Assembly (NCBI GenBank): GCA_009914755.4
Contig: CP068257.2
Span: forward strand, 1,152,001-1,216,000
Reading direction: 5' to 3'
From: the human T2T-CHM13v2.0 reference genome, Homo sapiens
DNA length: 64,000 nt
The notes beneath the pieces are model-generated. The model was not told the origin of the DNA, searched no databases, and was given only the letters and a program-made list of their open reading frames with translations. The position numbers and the translations under genes are program-made. Below, piece after piece: positions 58,320-64,000 of the stretch; within the stretch, counting starts at the first letter, position 1, and each line of letters starts with the position of its first letter.

Positions 58320-59160
58320 AACAAGAATGGAATGGAACGGAACGGAATGGGATGGGATGGAATGGAATGGAATGGAACTTAATCAACACGAATGGAAAGT
58401 AATGGAATGGAATGAACCCGAATGGAATGGAATGAACCCGAATGGAATGGAATGGACTGGAATGCAATGGAATAGAATCAACCTGAGAGGAAAGGAATGG
58501 AATGGAATGGAGTGGAATGGAATGGAATGGAATGGAATGGAATGGAATGGAATGGAATCAAAACGAATGGAATAGAACGGAATGGAATGGGACGGGATGG
58601 AATGGAATGGAATGGAAGTTAATCAACACGAATGGAATGGAACGGAATGGAATGGAATGGAATGGAATGGAATGGAATGAACCCGAATTGAATGGAATGG
58701 ATTGGAATGGAATGGAATGGAATCAACCCGAGCGGAAAGGAATGGAATGGAATGGATTGGAATGGAATGGAATGGAATGGAATGGAATGGAATGGAATCA
58801 AAACGAATGGAATAGAACGGAATGGAATGGGATGGGATGGAATGGAATGGAATGGAAGTTAATCAACACGAATGGAATGGAACGGAATGCAATGGAATGG
58901 AATGGAATGGAATGAACCCCAATTGAATGGAATGGATAGGAATGGAATGGAATGGAATCAACCCGAGCGGAAAGGAATGGAATGGAATGGAGTGGAATGG
59001 AATGTAATGGAATGGAATGGAATGGAATGGAATCAACACGAATGGAATGGAAAGGAATGGAATGGGATGGGATGGAATGGAATGGAATGGAAGTTAATCA
59101 ACACGAATGGAATGGAACGGAATGGAAAGGAATGGAATGGATCGGAATGGAACCCAATGG
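58320..59160 (+). repeat. Three to 3.5 tandem copies of the basic subunit of about 240 bp (CAACACGAATGG..GGAAGTTAATCAACACGAATGG..GAACCCGAATTGAATGG..CAACCCGAGCGGAAAGG)
   Basis: aaacgaatggaatagaacgg lies at 58561 and 58801, an exact 240-bp shift. The acccgaattgaatggaatggat segment recurs at 58683 and about 58923. ORF 58502..58915 shows an internal repeat of 80 aa. The same subunit type of about 220-250 bp also builds 35.05-36.5 kb, 1.8-2.5 kb, 9.0-9.6 kb and 25.6-26.4 kb. Confidence 0.6.
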
Positions 59161-62100
59161 AATCAACTGGAATGGAATGGAATGGAATGAAATGGAATGG
59201 AATGGAATGGAATAAACCCGGGTGGAGTGGAGTGGAATGGAATTTTGTGGAATGGAATGGAATGGAATGGAATGGAATGGAATGAACCCGAATTGAATGG
59301 AATGGATTGGAATGGAATGGAATGGAATCAACACGAGCGGAAAGGAATGGAATGGAATGGATTGGAATGGAATGTAATGGAATGGAATGGAATGGAATGG
59401 AATCAACACGAATGGAATGGAACGGAATGGAATGGGATGGGATGGAATGGAATGGAACGGAAGTTAATCAACACGAATGGAATGGAACAGAATGGAATGG
59501 AATGGAATGGAATGGAATGAAATGGAATGGAATGGAATGAAATGAAAGGGAAAGGAACGGAATGGAATCAACACGAGTGGAATGGAATGGTACGGAATGG
59601 AATCAACCAGAGTGGAATGAAATGGAATGTAATGCAATGGGATGGAGCGGAATCAACACGAGTGGAATGGAATGGAATGGAATGGAATGGATTGGAATGG
59701 AATGGAATGAAATGGAATGGATCGGAATGGAATCCAATGGAATCAACTGGAATGGAATGGAATGGAATGGAATGGAATGGAATGGAATGGAATGGAATAA
59801 ATCCGGGTGGAGTGGAATGGAATGTAATGGAGTGGAATGTAATGGAATTTTCTGGAATGGAATGGAATGGAATGGAATGGAATGGATTGGATCGGAATGG
59901 AATCCAATGGAATCAACTGGAATGGAATGGAATGGAATGGAATAAATCCGGGTGGAGTGGAATGGAATGAAATGGAGTGGAATGGAATGTAATTTAATGG
60001 AATGGAATGGAATGGAATGGAATCAAACCGAATGGAATGGAACGGAATGGAATGGAAAGGAATGGAATGGAATGGAATGGAATGGAATGGAATCAACCCG
60101 AATGGGATGGCATGGAATTGAATTGAATGGAATGGAATGGAATGGAATGGAATGAAACCGAATGGAAAGGAATAGATTGGAATGGAATGGAATGGAATCA
60201 ACCCGAGCGGAACGGAATTGAATGGAATGGAGTGGAATGGAATATAATGGAATTGAATGGAAAGGAATGGAATCAACACGAATGGAATGGAACGGAATGG
60301 AATGGGATGGGATGGAATGGAATGGAATGGAAGTTAATCAACACGAATGGAATGGAACGGAATGGAATGGAATGGAATGGAATGGAATTGAATGGAATGA
60401 ACCCGAATGGAATGGAATGGATTGGAATGGAATGGAATGGAATCAACCTGAGCGGAAAGGATTGGAATGGAATGGAGTGGAATGGAATGGAATGGAATGG
60501 AATGTAATGGAATGGAATCAGCACGAATGGAATGGAACGGAATGGAATGGAATGGAATGGAATGGAATGGAATGGAAAGGAATGGAATGGATTCAACACG
60601 AGTGGAATGGAATGGAACAGAATGGAATCAACCCGAGTGGAATGAAATGGAATGTAGTGCAATGGGATGGAGGGGAATCAACCCGAGTGGAATGGAATGG
60701 AATGGAATGGAATGGAATGGAATGGAATGGAATGAAATGGAATGGATCGGAATGGAACACAATGGAATAAACTGGAATGGAATGGAATGGAATGGAATGG
60801 AATGGAATGGAATGGAATGGAATGGAATGGAATAAACCCGGGTGGAGTGGAATGGAATGAAATGGAGTGGAATGGAATGGAATTTAGTGGAATGGAATGG
60901 AATGGAATCAAACCGAATGGAATGGAACGGAATGGAATGGAAAGGAATGGAATGGAATGGAATGGAATGGAATGGAATGGAATGGAATGGAATCAACACA
61001 AATGGGATGGCATAGAATTGAATTGAATGGAATGGAATGGAATGGAATGGAATGGAATCAACCCAAGTGCAATGGAATGGAATGGAATGCAATGGAATAC
61101 ACCCGAGTGGAATGGAATGGAATGGAATGGCATGGAATGGAATGGAATGGAATGGAATGGAATGGAATGGAGTGGAATAGAACGGAATGGAGTGGAATGC
61201 AATAAACACCAGGGGAAAGAAATGCATTGGAATGAAATGGAATGGAATGGAATGGAATGGAATGGAATGGAATGGAATGAAATCAACCCGAGTGGAATGG
61301 AATGGAATGGAAAGGAATGAATGGAATGGAATCTGGTGGAATCAACATGAGAGGAATGGAATGGAATGGAATGGAACGGAAGGGAATGGAAAGGAATGGA
61401 ATGGAATGAACCCGAATGGAATGGAATGGATTTGAATGGAATGGAACGGAATTAACCCGAGCGGAAAGGAATGGAATGGAATGGAGTGGAATGGAAAGTA
61501 ATGGAATGGAATGGAATGGAATGGAATCAACACGAATGGATTGGAATGGAATGGAATGGGATGGGATGGAATGGAATGGAATGGAAGTTAATCAACACGA
61601 ATGGAATGCAACGGAATGGAATGGAATGGAATGGAATGAACCCGAATGGAATTGAATGGATTGGAATGCAATGGAATGGAATCAACCCGAGCAGAAAGGA
61701 TTGGAATGGAATGGAGTGGAATGGAATGTAATGTAATGGAATGGAATGGAATGGAATCAACACGAATGGAATGGAACGGAATGGAATGGTATGGGATGGA
61801 ATGGAATGGAATGGAAGTTAATCAACACGAAGGGAGTGGAACGGAATGGAATGGAATGGAATGGAATGCAATGGAATGGAATGGAATGGAATGGAATGAA
61901 ATGGAAAGGAACGGAAAGGAATCAACAGGAGTGGAATGGAATGGAACGGAATGGAATCAACCCGAGTGGAATGAAATGGAATGTAGTGCAATGGGATGGA
62001 GTGGAATCAACCCGAGTGGAATGGAATGGAATGGAATGGAATGGAATGGAATGGAAAGGAATGAAATGAAATGGATTGGATCGGAATGGAATCAGATCGA

Positions 62101-64000
62101 ATTAACTGGAATGGAATGGAATGGAATGGAATGGAATGGAATAAATCCGGGTGGAGTGGAATGGAATGGAATGGAGTGGAATGGAATGGAATTTTGTGGG
62201 ATGGAATGGAATGGAATGGAATGCAATGGAATGGAATCAACCGGAATGGGATGGCATGGAATGGAATTGAGTGGAATGGAATGGAATGGAATGGAATGGA
62301 ATCAAATCAAGTTCAATGGAATGGAATGGAATGCAATGGAATCCACCGGAGTGGAATGGAATGGAATGGAATGGAATGGAATGGAGTGTAATGGAACGGA
62401 ATGGAATGGAATGGAACGGAATGGAATGGAATGAACCCGAATGGAATGGAATGGAATTAACCCGAATGGAATGGAATGGATTGGAATGGAATGGAATGGA
62501 ATCAACCTGAGCGGAAAGGAATGGAATGGAATGGAGTGGAATGTAATGGAATGGAATGGAATGGAATGGAATGGAATCAACACGAATGGAATGGAACGGA
62601 ATGGAATGGGATGGGATGGAATGGAATGGAATGGAAGTTAATCAACACGAATGGAATGGAACGGAATGGAATGGAATGGAATGGAATGGAATGGAATGGA
62701 ATGAAATGGAAAGGAACGGAATGGAATCAACACGAGTGGAATGGAATGGAACGGAATGGAATCAACCCGAGTGGAATTAAATGGAATGTAAGGCAATTGG
62801 ATGGAGGGGAATCAACCCGAGTGGAATGGAATGGAATGGAATGGAATGGAATGGAATGGAATGGAATGAAATGAAATGGAATGGATCAGAATGGAATCCA
62901 ATGAAATCAACTGGAATGGAATGGAATGGAATGAAATGGAATGGAATAAATCCGGTTGGAGTGGAATGGAATGTAATGGAGTGGAAGGTAATGGAATTTT
63001 GTGGAATGGAATGGAATGGAATGCAGTGGAATGGAATGAAATGGATTAGATCGGAATGGAATCCATTGGAATCAACTGGAATGGAATGGAATGGAAAGGA
63101 ATGGAATGGAATGGAATGGAGTGGAATGGAATGGAATGGAATGGAATGGAATGGAATGGAATGGAATGGAATGGAATAAATCCGGGTGGAGTGGAATGGA
63201 ATGAAATGGAGTGGAATGTAATGGAATTTAGTGGAATGGAATGGAATGGAATGGAATGGAATGGAATGGAATGGAATCAACCCGAATGGAATGGAACGGA
63301 ATGGAATGGAAAAGAATGTTATGGAATGGAATGGAATCAACACGAATAGGATGGCATTGAATTGAATGGAAAGGAATGGAATGGAATGGAATGGAATGGA
63401 ATGGAATGGAATGGAGTCAACCCAAGTGCAATGGAATGGAATGGAATGCAATGGAATCCACCCGAGTGGAATTGAATGGAATGGAATGGAATGGAATGGA
63501 ATGGAATGGAATGGAATGGAGTGGAATCGAACGGAATGGAGTGGAATGCAATAAACACCAGGGGAATGAAATGGATTGGAATGAAATGGAATGGAATGGA
63601 ATGGAATGGAACGGAATTGAATGGAATGAAATCAACCCGAGTGGAATGGAATGGAATGGAATGGAATGGAAAGGAATGAATGGAATGGAATGGGGTGGAA
63701 TCAACACGAGAGGAATGGAATGGAATGGAATGGAACTGAACGGAATGGAAAGGAATGGAATGGAATGAACCCGAATGGAAAGGAATGGATTGGAATGGAA
63801 TGGAATGGAATCAACTCTAGCGGAAAGGAATGGAATGGAATGGAGTGGAATGGAATGGAATGGAATGGAATGGAATGGAATGGAGTGGAATGTAATGTAA
63901 CGGAATGGAATGGAATGGAATGGAATCAACACGAATGGAATGGAACGGAATGGAATGGGATGGAATGGAATGGAATGGAATTTAATCAACACGAATGGAA

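Larger units (their letters stand above)
1..64000 (+). repeat. Satellite III-type (GGAAT)n / (ATTCC)n classical satellite array in uniform orientation, with interspersed CAACCCGAGT / CAACACGAAT / GAACCCGAAT diagnostic decamers; human or hominoid origin most likely
   Basis: Read directly: nearly every 5-bp step is ggaat or a one-base variant (gaaat, ggagt, gcaat, gtaat). C is almost confined to the variant decamers. Every + ORF is an MEWNG-type polymer and every - ORF an IPFHS-type polymer over the full 64 kb, so the orientation never flips. The decamers match the reverse complement of the published satellite III decamer ATTCGGGTTG. Confidence 0.93.

Noticed and set aside
1-64000. CRISPR-like appearance (short conserved repeats separated by variable segments)
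   Set aside because: There is no fixed-length direct repeat separated by unique spacers of similar length. The unit is a degenerate 5-mer satellite, the variable parts are themselves the same pentamer, and no cas-like coding sequence exists.
1-64000. Possibility that the window is prokaryotic, phage or an accessory genomic island harbouring a novel defence or biosynthetic system
   Set aside because: Composition and structure are those of primate classical satellite III. There are no real coding regions, no Shine-Dalgarno or ATG contexts independent of the repeat, and no operon-like organisation. The GGAGG- or AGGAAT-like purine runs upstream of ATGs are generated by the repeat itself.
1-64000. 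Assignment to HSat2 instead of HSat3
   Set aside because: HSat2 is more degenerate and is built around CATTCGATTCCATTCGATGAT-type units. Here long pure (GGAAT)n runs alternate with the CAACCCGAGT / GAACCCGAAT decamer family typical of satellite III. A few TCGA-containing variants exist (ATCGAATGG at about 971, 1121 and 8031) but are rare. Minor HSat2-like admixture cannot be fully excluded without a database comparison.
1-64000. DYZ1 (Yq12) identity
   Set aside because: DYZ1 is organised as a regular repeat of about 3.56 kb. The periodicities visible here are irregular: 0.24, 0.83, 1.05-1.73, 3.92, 6.65 and about 7 kb. I cannot confirm or fully exclude a chrY origin from sequence alone.

Overview
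The whole 64-kb window is one continuous block of classical pentameric satellite DNA in a single orientation. The + strand carries (GGAAT)n and the - strand (ATTCC)n. The pentamers are interspersed with degenerate decamers of the form CAACCCGA(G/A)T, CAACACGA(A/G)T and GAACCCGAATGG. These are the reverse complement of the ATTCGGGTTG decamer that defines human/hominoid satellite III (HSat3). The sequence is eukaryotic pericentromeric or acrocentric heterochromatin, not a gene-bearing or prokaryotic region.

I cannot support any protein-coding gene, rRNA/tRNA, transposon insertion, CRISPR array or operon. Every ORF in the six-frame track is a translation artefact of the repeat. Because 5 is coprime to 3, every frame of GGAAT reads GGA-ATG-GAA-TGG-AAT (MEWNG), and the reverse strand reads IPFHS. 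Both are stop-free and full of ATG codons.

What the sequence does show is array architecture:
- A 6,654-bp tandem duplication at about 30.1-43.5 kb with only two base differences I could find.
- Three collinear copies of a multi-kb block starting at 1, 7011 and 23531.
- A roughly 3.92-kb paired block at 46.5-53.1 kb.
- Local tandem repeats of about 830 bp, 1.2 kb and 240 bp.
- Alternating short (1.05-1.12 kb) and long (about 1.73 kb) units at 15-19 kb.
- A conserved non-pentameric landmark, ATAAACACCAGGGGAATGAAATGGATTGGAATGAAATGG, recurring 39 times.
- Nested (GTAAT)n microsatellites.

I find no evidence of an undescribed protein- or RNA-encoded system. The interest here is in satellite array structure and recent duplication history.
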